A stretch of 64,000 nucleotides of DNA from Candidatus Kapaibacterium sp. (GCA_938084565.1 CALKEU010000007.1:115039-179038), one strand, 5' to 3'; shown: positions 19,872 to 30,623, numbered from the stretch's first letter. The notes: generated by a model not told the origin, from the letters alone. Numbers and translations are program-made.

Positions 19872-20918
19872 ATGCAGTACCAGGAACGGGTCTCCCTACG
19901 GCGGTGGACGAGCTTCCGTACCCCGGGCCGTGCCGCTTATGCTGCCTTTTGCCATCATCCCCACGAGCTCCCACAGCTGCAGAAGCTTCTCCCGCTCAAT
20001 GAGCTCCCCCGCCTGGTAGTAGGCACCGGCAGCAATATTCTCTTCGCTGCAGACTACCCCGGTATCCTCATCCGCCCCCTCTTCCGGGGGATCCACCTGG
20101 TGGAGCAGACAGACGACAGCGTCATTGTTGAGGTTGCTGCCGGAGAACCATGGCATGGATTCGTCCGGACATGTCTCCGGAACCACTGGTACGGCTTGGA
20201 AAACCTTGCTCTCATTCCGGGAACCGTCGGGGCAGCCCCCGTCCACAACATTGGGGCCTACGGCGTTGAGGTATCCCAATTCCTGCAGGCAATTTGCGTT
20301 TGGGATTTCGCAACAGCGGAATTCCGCTGGATTGCTGCCCAAGAGCTCGGTCTGGAGTATCGTAGCAGCAAACTCCGTACCAGCCTCTTGGGGCGCGTGC
20401 TCATCACACACGTCCGCTTTCGGCTCCTGCGCTCCCCTCAGGCTCGCTGGGACTACCCCGAGTTAGCCCGCTCCCTTGCCGCTGAGTCTTCTCGAACTCC
20501 GACACCGGAGGATATCTTCCGTGCCGTCTGCAGACTGCGGCAGCAGAAGCTGCCCAATCCGAGGCGCCTCCCGAACGCCGGCAGCTTCTTCAAAAACCCC
20601 GTACTACCGCTCTCCGTTGCCGAAGAGCTTCGGAAGCACCATCCTCAACTTCCTCTCTTCCCGCACGGCCCTGATCACGCGAAGATCCCGGCCGGCTGGC
20701 TTCTGGAGCAGTGCGGATGGCGAGGCAAACGCCTGGGCAACGTAGGGGTCTGGCCCCAACATGCGCTCGTGGTGGTTACCTACGGCAGGGCAACAGGGGA
20801 GGAAATTCTCCGGTTTGCTGCATTGCTCCGGCGCTCCGTCTACGAGCGCTTTGGCATTGCTCTCGAACCGGAAGTCCTCATTCTCCCCCAAGCCGCTTGG
20901 GAGCTCTACTGTAGCTGA
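19872..20918 (+). CDS. murB: UDP-N-acetylenolpyruvoylglucosamine reductase
   Basis: GTGSNIL, LENLALIPGTVGAAP, NIGAYG, NAGSFFKNP, LEPEV. Confidence 0.95.
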   Translation: MQYQERVSLRRWTSFRTPGRAAYAAFCHHPHELPQLQKLLPLNELPRLVVGTGSNILFAADYPGILIRPLFRGIHLVEQTDDSVIVEVAAGEPWHGFVRTCLRNHWYGLENLALIPGTVGAAPVHNIGAYGVEVSQFLQAICVWDFATAEFRWIAAQELGLEYRSSKLRTSLLGRVLITHVRFRLLRSPQARWDYPELARSLAAESSRTPTPEDIFRAVCRLRQQKLPNPRRLPNAGSFFKNPVLPLSVAEELRKHHPQLPLFPHGPDHAKIPAGWLLEQCGWRGKRLGNVGVWPQHALVVVTYGRATGEEILRFAALLRRSVYERFGIALEPEVLILPQAAWELYCS

Positions 20919-21625
20919 GTCCGTGGCAGGGCCTCTGCTCCACCTTCGGCCCCCTCCCTACTCTGGCACAGGGCAGCCCGATACCCCTCCGGCATCTCAG
21001 GCAAGCGCTCCATATGCTCATCCGACAGCGGCTGCATGTCAGAGCAAGCCGGACGAAGCCCCTGCCGCACCATGTGGTAGTAGGCCGCCTCTAAGACCCC
21101 ATTGACAAAAGACCCGCTGTGCTCGGTGGAGTACTTCTTGGCCAATTCGACAGCCTCGTCAATGATGACGGGAACGGGCGTCTGCGGGCACGCCAGCATC
21201 TCCGCCATACCAAGCAGCAGAATAATCCGATCCACGGGCACCAAGCGCTCAATGTCCCAATGCTGAAGGATATGCCGGAGAAGAGCCAGAACGGTCTCCC
21301 GATAGTGTTCGGCTGCCCCTAGGAGTTGCCGAGCAAATGCAACATCAGCCTCCTCCCAGCTAATGGGGGTATCGGCTTCCAGTTCGAGAATCTCTTCCTG
21401 CGTCAGCAACGGGCGATCGATGCTTGGCACATCGGCGGTGAAGTCGCGATAGAAGATGTGTTCGAACACGCTCTCCCAAGGTATCTGTGCCGCGCTAGCA
21501 GCAGCCAAGACTTGCAGCATCTTTTCCCGCGCCAGCCGACGGCTGCCACGCAGCATTTTATGTCGGCGCAGTGGAAAGATCTCTGCGCGAGAGCTCTCCG
21601 ATACCCGTTTCCGGCGCGGACTCAT
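20906..21625 (-). CDS. nusB: Transcription antitermination factor NusB
   Basis: SRRLARE, WDIERL..VDRIIL, IIDEAVELAKKYST..SGSFVNGVL. Confidence 0.92.
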   Translation of the reverse strand: MSPRRKRVSESSRAEIFPLRRHKMLRGSRRLAREKMLQVLAAASAAQIPWESVFEHIFYRDFTADVPSIDRPLLTQEEILELEADTPISWEEADVAFARQLLGAAEHYRETVLALLRHILQHWDIERLVPVDRIILLLGMAEMLACPQTPVPVIIDEAVELAKKYSTEHSGSFVNGVLEAAYYHMVRQGLRPACSDMQPLSDEHMERLPEMPEGYRAALCQSREGAEGGAEALPRTQLQ

Positions 21626-22704
21626 GGTGTGCCTCCTCTGCTGTGTGTAGCCAGTCGCCGTAGTGAAGCAACGCTAGCCAGTCGTTCCTCGGCCAATGCA
21701 GCGGCAGCCTCCGTCGGCAGTATGCCCCGCTCGTGAGCCATACGGAAGAGGCGGATGAGCGTATCGTAGATGCCCGCTGTCTTATCCAGCACACGCTTGG
21801 GGTTATAGTTGCCTTCTAATTCAGCGGCAACATTCATCAGACCGCCGGCATTGATGACGTAATCCGGGGCATAGAGGATACCACGCTCGTGGAGCCGTTT
21901 AGCATCGGCGTATTCGTCCTGCAGCTGATTGTTGGCAGCTCCTGCCACAATAGCACAGCGCAGCCGAGGAATTGTTGTCTCATTCAGCACCCCACCCAGG
22001 GCGTTCGGGGAAAAGATGTCACACGGGATATCGTAGACCTCTTCAGCTCCGACCGGTGTTCCACCGATCTCGTCGCAGAGCCGCTGAGCCTTTTCGGGAA
22101 AGAGATCAGCAACGTAGACCCGGACGTCCTCCCGCACTAAATACTCAACCAAGTGGCGGGCCACATTGCCAGCTCCCTGCACGACGACGATTCGGTTGGC
22201 CAGGGAATCGGAACCAAAGACAACCTTTGCACAAGCCTTCATACCCCAGTAGACCCCATGTGCTGTAAAAGGGGACGGATCTCCACTACCCTCTGGACTA
22301 CCCGTGACGTACCGCGTCTCCATGCGAATCCACTCCATATCGGCAACTGTCGTGCCTACGTCTTCGGCTGTAATGTAGCGCCCCGCGAGCGTGTCCACAA
22401 AGCGTCCGAAGGCTCGAAAGAGGGGCTCGCTCTTCTGCTTCTGCGGATCGCCAATAATGACGGCTTTGCCCCCGCCCAAATTCAGGCCAGCAACGGCGGC
22501 CTTGTACGTCATTGCCCGTGAGAGCCGCAGACAATCCTCGAGTGCTTCTTGCTCGCTCGGATACATCCACATCCGCACTCCACCCAGTGCCGGGCCGAGA
22601 GTTGTGTCGTGGATAGCAATGATAGCGCGCAAGGCAACATGAGGCTCCCAGCAAAAGAGCACTTGCTCGTGCCCGTAGGTAGCCATGAGCTCAAAGACAT
22701 CCAT
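21622..22704 (-). CDS. Leucine/valine-type amino acid dehydrogenase
   Basis: HDTTLGPALGG, MTYKAA, LGGGK, ITAEDVG, GAANNQL, PDYVINAGG. Confidence 0.92.
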   Translation of the reverse strand: MDVFELMATYGHEQVLFCWEPHVALRAIIAIHDTTLGPALGGVRMWMYPSEQEALEDCLRLSRAMTYKAAVAGLNLGGGKAVIIGDPQKQKSEPLFRAFGRFVDTLAGRYITAEDVGTTVADMEWIRMETRYVTGSPEGSGDPSPFTAHGVYWGMKACAKVVFGSDSLANRIVVVQGAGNVARHLVEYLVREDVRVYVADLFPEKAQRLCDEIGGTPVGAEEVYDIPCDIFSPNALGGVLNETTIPRLRCAIVAGAANNQLQDEYADAKRLHERGILYAPDYVINAGGLMNVAAELEGNYNPKRVLDKTAGIYDTLIRLFRMAHERGILPTEAAAALAEERLASVASLRRLATHSRGGTP

Positions 22705-22742
22705 GGTCTGGCTGCTCCTTTCTGACAAATGCGCTGAGGCGG

Positions 22743-22750
22743 CAAAATTA
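22743..22750 (-). promoter_or_regulatory. Putative TAnnTTTG promoter element
   Basis: TAATTTTG about 39 nt upstream of the dehydrogenase ATG. Confidence 0.55.
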
Positions 22751-22853
22751 GGACAAAACGGTGCACAGCTTTCGTGCGCGGCTACACTAAATGCTCCCAA
22801 GGCTCGTCGCAGCAAGCGTAGTCTGCATGTCTTGCCTACTCTCGGACAGTCCC

Positions 22854-23228
22854 ATGCGCGGTAGGAGTCTGCTCGCTCTGTTTTTTGGAGCTGTGGTTGC
22901 ATCGGCGCAAACCGCTGTGGAGGCCCCTGTTGCAGAGCCATCCCCTATGCACTCCCCCACGCTTGTGACCGATACCCTTGCTGTCGCCGGGCGCTGCAAC
23001 CACTGCAAGGAGCGGATTGAAAAGCTTGTGCGAGAGTTGCCCGGTGTGCAGAGCGCCCAGTGGGACCGCACGAGCAAGCTTTTGACCGTCACCTATGATC
23101 CCGAGCATGTCAGCCGAGCCCAGATTCAAGAGGAGCTCGCAGCAGGAGGGCACGACACAGAAGAGTACACCGCTCCCGATGAAGCCTACGGCAAACTCCC
23201 CAAGTGCTGCCGATACCGTTCCCCTTGA
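22854..23228 (+). CDS. Exported heavy-metal-associated (HMA, CopZ/MerP-like) protein
   Basis: Signal peptide, GRCNHCKERIE, C-terminal LPKCCRY. Confidence 0.85.
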   Translation: MRGRSLLALFFGAVVASAQTAVEAPVAEPSPMHSPTLVTDTLAVAGRCNHCKERIEKLVRELPGVQSAQWDRTSKLLTVTYDPEHVSRAQIQEELAAGGHDTEEYTAPDEAYGKLPKCCRYRSP

Positions 23229-23235
23229 AGCTACT

Positions 23236-25707
23236 GTGCCCGACTCCAGGCTGAGCTCTTCCGCCTGTGAGGAGATCACCGCCATCTATCCTGTCAGCGG
23301 TATGCACTGTGCAGCGTGTGCACAGAGCATTCAGAGTTTCCTCCGTGCGCAACCCGGTATCGTCTCGGCTGAGGTAAACTTCGCCGCTCAGACGGTGACC
23401 CTTACCTACAACCGGCAGCAATACCATCCGGAGGATCTCCGGCGTCTCGTCCAGCAGCTAGGCTACGACCTTGTGCTCGACACCGAGCAGGTGCATATTG
23501 CACGCACGGAACGTCTGCGCCGTCTGCGCCGCCGCTGCTGGATTGCACTGGCTTGCGCCGCGCCCGTCGTGGTCCTCTCGATGGGTTTCCACGAGAAGAT
23601 TCCAGCCGTCCTCCTACTTGTCCTGACGCTGCCTGTACTCTGGGCCGGTTCGGAAATATTTCTCAATGCTTGGAAGCTTGCCCGCCACGCTCAAGCAAGC
23701 ATGGATACGCTTGTGGCTCTAGGAACAGGAGCAGCCTTTGCGGCAAGCCTCTGGGCAACTCTGACCCCTGACACCTTCACCCGGCTGGGCATCCCACTCC
23801 CGCTCTACTACGAGGCCACAGCGGTTGTGCTTGCCATTGTGCTCCTGGGGCGCTACGCCGAAGAGCGCGTCCGCCTCCGCGGATCGCAAGCCATCGAACG
23901 CTTACTATCGCTCCAACCCCGAACCGCCCGCCGACTTCGCCAGGATACCGAAGAAGAGGTTCCCATCGAGCACCTCCAGCCTGGGGATAGTGTCCGCATC
24001 CGACCTGGCGAGCGCGTTCCCGTCGACGGTATCGTCGTTGCAGGAAGCGCCGCGCTGGACGAGAGCGCTCTCACAGGCGAATCGTTTCCCGTTGAAAAGC
24101 TTCCTGGCATGCGGGTATGGGCAGGGACACTGGTCAGAGACGGCAGCCTTGTCCTCCGTGTCGAGCAGACCGGGAGTGCTACGGTGCTGGCACAGATCAC
24201 TGAACTTGTTCGCGCTGCGCAGACGCACAAAGCACCGGTTCAACGCCTGGTAGATCGCATTGCTGCGCTCTTCGTCCCGATTGTGCTCGGCATTGCGCTC
24301 CTGAGCGCTTTCGGCTGGCTCACCTTCGGACCGGAACCCCGCCTCTCTTATGCTCTGCTTGCCTCCATCTCCGTACTCCTGATTGCCTGCCCGTGCGCCC
24401 TAGGGCTAGCCACACCACTGGCCATCCTGCTCGGGGTTGGGCGAGCCGCCGAAGAAGGGCTGCTTGTCCGAGATCCCACCGCGCTAGAACAACTCTGGCA
24501 GTGCACGGCGCTTGTACTCGACAAAACGGGTACCCTGACCACAGGCCAACCACACGTTGTTGCCCAACACTGGCTCCAGGATAGCCCTGAAGTGCGCTAT
24601 GCTTTGGCAGCTGTAGAAGTGCGCTCTGCCCATCCTATTGCCGGTGCCCTTGTCCGGGCTCTCGTGCAGCAGACAGATGCTTTGCCAGAGGTCGAGAACT
24701 TTTCCAGCACACCCGCTCAGGGCGTTTCCGGCTATGTCCACGGAACGCTCTACCACCTGGGAACCCCGAGCTTTCTGCAGCGGGTTGGAATTGAACTCCC
24801 GCAACAGCTATGGCAACTCTTGGCTACGTGGCACCAGCAGGGCTACTCCACCGTCTGCGCTGCAGCGGGAACGACAGTTGTCGCAGCGTTTGCTCTGGCC
24901 GATACCCTTCGACCTCATACGGCTGAGGCTATTGCGTTCTTCCGACGCCATGGAGTTGAACTCCATCTCCTCACTGGGGACCACCAGCAGGCGGCCGAGC
25001 ACATCGCCCGAGTGCTTGGGATAGAGCACGTCTGTGCCCACGCCTCTCCGCAGCAGAAAGCCGACTACATACGCCAGCTCCAACAGAAGGGGCATCGTGT
25101 TGCCGTCGTCGGTGACGGCATCAACGATGCCCCAGCTCTCGCCATTGCCGATGTCGGGATTGCCATGGGCAGTGGCATTGACGTAGCCCTCGAAAGCGCT
25201 ATGCTCATTCTGGCCGGAGGGAACATCCACCGGCTGGTCTTCGCATGGGAGCTGTCGCGCAAGCTTGGCCGTGTCATTGTCCAGAACCTCGCCTGGGCCT
25301 TCGGCTACAATCTCCTAGCACTCCCCATTGCGGCTGGGCTTCTCTACCCTATCACCGGCATGTTGCTGACCCCGATGCTGGCCGGTACAGCCATGGCGCT
25401 GAGCTCTATCTCGGTGGTTCTCAGTAGTTTGCGTCTGCGCTTTGTCGCCCCAAGACAGTATGCACCCATGCAACGATACGTTTTCCGTACCTCTCTGCAC
25501 TGCCACGGCTGTGTTACTGCCATCAGCTCAGCGCTGGCTAGCATTCAGGGACTACATCGGTGGCACGTTGAGCTTGAGCATCCCGACAAGCGTCTTGTAG
25601 TCGAAGCCGATCGCGATGTCGTTGCTGCTGTTATCTCCGCCCTCCGCCAACGCGGATACACCGCCGAGCTCCTCGAACGACAGGACATGTCCCATTCCAT
25701 AGGCTGA
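23236..25707 (+). CDS. copA: Cu(I)-translocating P1B-type ATPase with N- and C-terminal HMA domains
   Basis: GMHCAAC, TGES, CPC, DKTGT, HP, GDGIND, YN, MALSS; C-terminal LHCHGC. Start uncertain (GTG 23236). Confidence 0.9.
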   Translation: MPDSRLSSSACEEITAIYPVSGMHCAACAQSIQSFLRAQPGIVSAEVNFAAQTVTLTYNRQQYHPEDLRRLVQQLGYDLVLDTEQVHIARTERLRRLRRRCWIALACAAPVVVLSMGFHEKIPAVLLLVLTLPVLWAGSEIFLNAWKLARHAQASMDTLVALGTGAAFAASLWATLTPDTFTRLGIPLPLYYEATAVVLAIVLLGRYAEERVRLRGSQAIERLLSLQPRTARRLRQDTEEEVPIEHLQPGDSVRIRPGERVPVDGIVVAGSAALDESALTGESFPVEKLPGMRVWAGTLVRDGSLVLRVEQTGSATVLAQITELVRAAQTHKAPVQRLVDRIAALFVPIVLGIALLSAFGWLTFGPEPRLSYALLASISVLLIACPCALGLATPLAILLGVGRAAEEGLLVRDPTALEQLWQCTALVLDKTGTLTTGQPHVVAQHWLQDSPEVRYALAAVEVRSAHPIAGALVRALVQQTDALPEVENFSSTPAQGVSGYVHGTLYHLGTPSFLQRVGIELPQQLWQLLATWHQQGYSTVCAAAGTTVVAAFALADTLRPHTAEAIAFFRRHGVELHLLTGDHQQAAEHIARVLGIEHVCAHASPQQKADYIRQLQQKGHRVAVVGDGINDAPALAIADVGIAMGSGIDVALESAMLILAGGNIHRLVFAWELSRKLGRVIVQNLAWAFGYNLLALPIAAGLLYPITGMLLTPMLAGTAMALSSISVVLSSLRLRFVAPRQYAPMQRYVFRTSLHCHGCVTAISSALASIQGLHRWHVELEHPDKRLVVEADRDVVAAVISALRQRGYTAELLERQDMSHSIG

Positions 25708-25712
25708 GCTCC

Positions 25713-27272
25713 ATGGCACTACGTCTGAAGCCTTTTCAGAACGAACCCCGGCTGGATTTCAACAATCCTGAAGTTGCTCGCAAGCAACGTCGTGCCCTCG
25801 AGGCCGTACAGCGCCAGTTCGGGCAGGAATACCCGAACCTCATCGACGGCAAAGAGGTCTATTCCTCGCAGAAGCTTAGCTCTATCAATCCAGCCCATCC
25901 GAGTCAGGTCATTGGGCTCTTTCAAAAGGCCCGACGCCGAGAAGCTGAAGCAGCTCTGACAGCAGCCTGGAAAGCCTTTGAGGAATGGAAGCGGACGCCG
26001 GCCGAGGAGCGTGCACAGTACCTCCTGAAAGCTGCTCAAGAGATGCGCCGGCGCCGGCTCGAGCTCAACGCATGGATGATCTACGAGGTGGGCAAAAACT
26101 ATTGGGAAGCCGACGCAGATACGTGCGAGGCCATCGACTTCCTGGAATACTACGCGCGTGAGGCGTTGCGCTATGCACAACCACAGCCCGTTACCCCCGT
26201 GCCGGGAGAGAAGAACGAGTACTTCTACATCCCGCTCGGGGCTGGCATTATCATTCCGCCCTGGAACTTCCCATTGGCCATTCTCACCGGCATGGCCTCA
26301 GCAGCCATTGCTGCAGGGAATACGGTGGTCGTCAAACCCTCCTCTGAGTCACCGATGATGGGATGGCTGCTGGCCGATATCTTCCGGAGTATCGGACTGC
26401 CCGAGGGGGTCTTCAATCTCGTCATTGGCAGTGGCAGCGAAGTTGGGGACTTCTTGGTAGCTCATCCGCGCACACGCTTCATCGCTTTCACGGGCTCCAT
26501 GGAGGTTGGACTCCGTATCCACGAGTTGGCAGCCAAACCGCAACCGGGGCAGATTTGGATCAAGCGCACCATCCTGGAGATGGGTGGCAAGGATGCCATC
26601 ATCGTGGACGCCGAAGCAGACCTGGACGCCGCCGTCGAAGGCGTCGTCGTCTCCGCCTTCGGCTACCAAGGGCAGAAATGTTCGGCATGCTCCCGGGTCA
26701 TCGTTGACAAGAGCCTCCACTCATTGTTCATCCGCAAGCTCAAGGATGCCGTCCGAGCCCTCCGAATCGGCGATCCGGCTGAGAACTTTGACGTAGGACC
26801 CGTCATCTCCGCTCGTGCGCGGGAGAGCATCCTCCACTACATCAGCATTGGCCAGAAGGAGGGCAAACTCCTCCTCGGTGGCAATCCTGTCGGCGATCTT
26901 GACGGATACTACATCGAGCCAACCGTTTTCACTAATGTGTCTCCCCGAGCTCGCATCGCACAGGAAGAAATCTTCGGCCCCGTGCTTGCAGTCCTGAAAG
27001 CCAACAGCTTCACTGATGCCCTACGCATTGCCAACGGAACCATCTATGGACTTACCGGCTCGGTGTATTCCCGCAATCCCGACAAACTCCGCCAGGCTCG
27101 CGAGGAGTTCCACGTTGGCAATCTGTACTTCAACCGCAAATGCACCGGTGCCCTTGTTGGCGGACATCCCTTCGGAGGCTTCAACATGAGCGGGACGGAT
27201 TCCAAAGCAGGAGGGCCAGATTACTTGCTGCTCTTCCTGCAGGGCAAGAGCGTCAGCGAAAAGATTGGCTAA
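25713..27272 (+). CDS. rocA: 1-pyrroline-5-carboxylate (glutamate semialdehyde) dehydrogenase, RocA type
   Basis: FQNEP, PWNFP, FTGS, EMGGK, GQKCSACS, EEIFGP, GTDSKAGGPDYL. Confidence 0.9.
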   Translation: MALRLKPFQNEPRLDFNNPEVARKQRRALEAVQRQFGQEYPNLIDGKEVYSSQKLSSINPAHPSQVIGLFQKARRREAEAALTAAWKAFEEWKRTPAEERAQYLLKAAQEMRRRRLELNAWMIYEVGKNYWEADADTCEAIDFLEYYAREALRYAQPQPVTPVPGEKNEYFYIPLGAGIIIPPWNFPLAILTGMASAAIAAGNTVVVKPSSESPMMGWLLADIFRSIGLPEGVFNLVIGSGSEVGDFLVAHPRTRFIAFTGSMEVGLRIHELAAKPQPGQIWIKRTILEMGGKDAIIVDAEADLDAAVEGVVVSAFGYQGQKCSACSRVIVDKSLHSLFIRKLKDAVRALRIGDPAENFDVGPVISARARESILHYISIGQKEGKLLLGGNPVGDLDGYYIEPTVFTNVSPRARIAQEEIFGPVLAVLKANSFTDALRIANGTIYGLTGSVYSRNPDKLRQAREEFHVGNLYFNRKCTGALVGGHPFGGFNMSGTDSKAGGPDYLLLFLQGKSVSEKIG

Positions 27273-27321
27273 AGTTCCATCAGCATCTGCCGAACTATCC
27301 CTACACCGAAGGGAGCAGTCA

Positions 27322-29544
27322 ATGCAGCGGCGGTGGCTGCTTGGTATCGCTATCGCTTCTATCGGCCTGCTCGTAGGCGCAGCAGTGCTTATCTCCTGGA
27401 ACAAGCGTACCATGGAAGCAGAGCTGCGCACCAATGGCACGGATATGATGCTACTGGCAGCTTATCGCGATTCCACACTCCAAGATCCTAACCACTCGCT
27501 GTACCACCAACGCTCGCTACGACTCCAACTCCTGCGCTCCCGTCCCACCCCCTACCGTGGCTCACTAGCATTCGTGGACTCCCTTGGGCTCTGGTCTGCT
27601 GAAGCCTTCCTGCACCACAGCCGCTCTGAATTACGCATGCTTGGGCGCTACCAAAGTAGCCTCTTCAAGCGCATTGAGCAGCTCGATACTGTGCAAACCC
27701 TCGTCTTCGCAGGGGTCCTCTCTGTGACTTTGCTCTTGATCCCTCTGTTGCTCCTCTACCACCGATTAGCCCGTCAACGTCTGGATCTGCTGACAAAACT
27801 ACAGGCAAGCGAGGTGCACTATCGAGAGCTGGTCGAACATATGCCTGACCTTATTCAATCGGTCGATGCTGAGGGCCGCTTCGTCTACGTCAACCGCTAT
27901 TGGCGCCAGGTCATGGGTTACAGCGACGAGGATCTCTCGCGACTCCGCATCTGGGATATCCTGCGCCCTGACCAACTGCCCAAATGCCAGCTCCTCTTTG
28001 AGAAAGTTTTCCGGGAGCAGTCGCTCCATGGTGTCGAGACGGTCTTTCTTACCAAGCATGGCGAGGAGTTGCACGTCAGCGGCAACATCACCGTACGCCC
28101 TGACCCCCTGACAGGACGTCCCGTCACCCGAGCCCTTTTCCGCGACGTGACCGCACAGAAGCGACAGCTCCAGCTACTCCAATACCAGGAAGCACTTGCC
28201 AACACAGTAGCTCGGATTGCACAACAGCTGCTTGCAACTCTTGCCCCTGAAACGCTTGCTCCCGCAGTTCTTGGACAGCTTGGGGAAACCCTCAACACGG
28301 ACACCGTTTATCTGGTCGCCCTTCCAGAAGGTAGCCCACAGGTAGTAGCGCTCTGGGTACGCGAGGAAGACAAGCGGCCCCTTGTCCTTGCAACCTTTGA
28401 GTCTCCCTGCTGGGAGTCATTGCGCCCCTTCCAGGAGCGGCTAGGCGCTGTTGCTGTGGTCGAAGCCACGGCCGAGGAGCTCCCCTCTCCGGAGAGCTCT
28501 TCAGAAAACTGCCTTGCGGCTCGCAACGTTCGTGCGCTCCTCTGGAGTCCACTCACACGCCATGGACACCTCTGGGGCTTTATTGGAACAGAAGACTGGC
28601 GACAGCCACGTCTGTGGAGCCCAACGGAGCGCACAGCCTTGGAGAGCACCGCAGCAAATCTTCTCTCCGCCTTCGACCGTACGCATGCCTATCGAGAGCT
28701 CCAGCGCTTTGCGGAAGACCTGCTCCAAGCTCGCACTCTGTTGGAATCCTACGCCGAAGAACTGCGGAAGGCGAATGAAGAGCTTCAGGAGCGTAACGCA
28801 GAGAAGGACCGCATCATGGCCATCGTCTCCCACGACCTCCGATCGCCTCTGAGTGGCATTCGCGGCCTGGCTGAAATTCTGCAGACTGAGGATGCCAAAG
28901 ACCCAGCACTCGTCCAGGAATTTGCCAAGCTCATCCACGAAACCGCTGACCACATGCTAGCGCTAATCAATGACTTGCTCGAAGTTACTCGTTTCGAGCG
29001 TGGTGCACTCCAGCTCCGGCTTGCCCCTACCGATCTCTGTGAACTTGCGCGCTCGGCATTCCGCACCATGGAGGGTATGGCTCGCTCGAAGAACATCCGG
29101 CTCGTGCTCGAATGCCCAGACACCCCTTTGGTCACCCTGGTCGATGCCCCGAAACTCACCCAAGCCCTCAACAATCTGCTGAGCAACGCCATCAAGTTTA
29201 CCCACCATGGAGGCTCGGTCACTGTGCGGATCCAGACCCTGGCCGAACATGATGCCATTAGCATTCAGGTTGAAGACACAGGTATTGGAATCCCGGAAGA
29301 GTTTCTGCCCCATCTCTTCCAGAAATTTGGCCCCCACCAACGCCCCGGTACTGGCGGTGAGCGAGGTACTGGCCTTGGATTACCTATCATCAAGGCCTTC
29401 GTGGAGCTGCATGGAGGCAGTATTACCGTCACGAGTACCGTCGGTGTCGGTACCTGCTTTACGATCCAGTTGCCCTACCGTCCCCCTACCGCTCTCGGAG
29501 AACTCTCCGATCTTGCTGCCCCTGCTCCTCAGCCGGCGCTGTAG
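27322..29544 (+). CDS. Membrane PAS/GAF sensor histidine kinase
   Basis: Two TMs, PAS, GAF, SHDLRSPL, NLLSNAIKFT, DTGIG, GTGLGL. Confidence 0.9.
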   Translation: MQRRWLLGIAIASIGLLVGAAVLISWNKRTMEAELRTNGTDMMLLAAYRDSTLQDPNHSLYHQRSLRLQLLRSRPTPYRGSLAFVDSLGLWSAEAFLHHSRSELRMLGRYQSSLFKRIEQLDTVQTLVFAGVLSVTLLLIPLLLLYHRLARQRLDLLTKLQASEVHYRELVEHMPDLIQSVDAEGRFVYVNRYWRQVMGYSDEDLSRLRIWDILRPDQLPKCQLLFEKVFREQSLHGVETVFLTKHGEELHVSGNITVRPDPLTGRPVTRALFRDVTAQKRQLQLLQYQEALANTVARIAQQLLATLAPETLAPAVLGQLGETLNTDTVYLVALPEGSPQVVALWVREEDKRPLVLATFESPCWESLRPFQERLGAVAVVEATAEELPSPESSSENCLAARNVRALLWSPLTRHGHLWGFIGTEDWRQPRLWSPTERTALESTAANLLSAFDRTHAYRELQRFAEDLLQARTLLESYAEELRKANEELQERNAEKDRIMAIVSHDLRSPLSGIRGLAEILQTEDAKDPALVQEFAKLIHETADHMLALINDLLEVTRFERGALQLRLAPTDLCELARSAFRTMEGMARSKNIRLVLECPDTPLVTLVDAPKLTQALNNLLSNAIKFTHHGGSVTVRIQTLAEHDAISIQVEDTGIGIPEEFLPHLFQKFGPHQRPGTGGERGTGLGLPIIKAFVELHGGSITVTSTVGVGTCFTIQLPYRPPTALGELSDLAAPAPQPAL

Positions 29545-29568
29545 CCCTCGGGGTGGGCTGCAGTTCTT

Positions 29569-30198
29569 CTACGTTCTGGCCAGGAGGCGCTCTGGCTCAA
29601 GTACCCACCGCTGGGGACTTCGGGCAGGCAGCTCCTGCGCACGGCCCCGCTCATCGATGAGCACCGGACGATACTCCGGGCGTTTGATCTTCTCCTGAAT
29701 GGTCATGAGGGCTTTGAGGAGTGCCTCCGGGCGCGGTGGACACCCTGAGACGTAGACATCCACGGGCAGAAACTGATCGATGCCCTGGACAACCGAATAA
29801 CTCCGAAACATCCCCCCTGTGGAGGCGCAGACCCCCATAGAAATCACCCACTTCGGCTCCGGCATCTGATCGTAGATCTTGCGCACAACCCAGGCCATTT
29901 TGTAGGTGACTGTTCCCGCAACAATCAGCAGATCGGATTGGCGTGGCGAAAAACGAAAGACCTCGGCCCCAAAGCGAGCCACGTCGAAACGTGGTCCTGC
30001 AAAGGCCATCATCTCGATAGCACAACAGGAAATTCCCAACGGCATTGGCCATAGCGCATTGCGCTGCGCCCACTTGGCGAGTGCTTCAACTGTTGTGGTC
30101 AGGAATCCATCGCGCTGGAGTGCCTTCTGGAGAGCTGTCATTGAACCCCTGCAGTCTATTCCACTCGAGAGTATAGACGAAGAGGGACGGCTTTTCAC
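29569..30198 (-). CDS. nuoB: NADH-quinone oxidoreductase subunit B
   Basis: [35 protein letters not shown] overlap with nuoA (alternative start 30141). Confidence 0.95.
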   Translation of the reverse strand: MKSRPSSSILSSGIDCRGSMTALQKALQRDGFLTTTVEALAKWAQRNALWPMPLGISCCAIEMMAFAGPRFDVARFGAEVFRFSPRQSDLLIVAGTVTYKMAWVVRKIYDQMPEPKWVISMGVCASTGGMFRSYSVVQGIDQFLPVDVYVSGCPPRPEALLKALMTIQEKIKRPEYRPVLIDERGRAQELPARSPQRWVLEPERLLART

Positions 30199-30557
30199 TT
30201 ACTCCACTGCAGAATTCCTTTCCGCCAGACATAGACCAACCCAACTAGAAGCACAGCGATGAAGAGCCCCATCCCGACCAGCCCGAGAGTACCGAGCTGC
30301 CGAAACTGCACTGCCCACGGATACATGAACACAATTTCCACGTCGAACACGATGAAGACCATGGCGACCATATAGAACTTGACCGAGAAGCGTTCCCGCG
30401 CCGTGCGGATAGGTTCCATACCGCTCTCGTATGTTGTCAACTTTCGCCATGTCGGCCGGCGCGGCCCGAGCAGCTCGGCAGCAGCAATGTTGGTCAGTCC
30501 AAAGAGGACGCCAGCAGTGATCATGAGGAGAACAGGCACATATGCCTCCATCGCCAT
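30195..30557 (-). CDS. nuoA: NADH-quinone oxidoreductase subunit A
   Basis: [27 protein letters not shown]. Confidence 0.95.
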   Translation of the reverse strand: MAMEAYVPVLLMITAGVLFGLTNIAAAELLGPRRPTWRKLTTYESGMEPIRTARERFSVKFYMVAMVFIVFDVEIVFMYPWAVQFRQLGTLGLVGMGLFIAVLLVGLVYVWRKGILQWSK

Positions 30558-30581
30558 CTTGGTAGGTTACTCAAACCGCTG

Positions 30582-30589
30582 CAAAATTA
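30582..30589 (-). promoter_or_regulatory. Putative TAnnTTTG promoter element
   Basis: TAATTTTG about 25 nt upstream of nuoA. Confidence 0.55.
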
Positions 30590-30623
30590 CGGGCATGTGT
30601 ATACCCCATGGCGCAGCAGTCTG

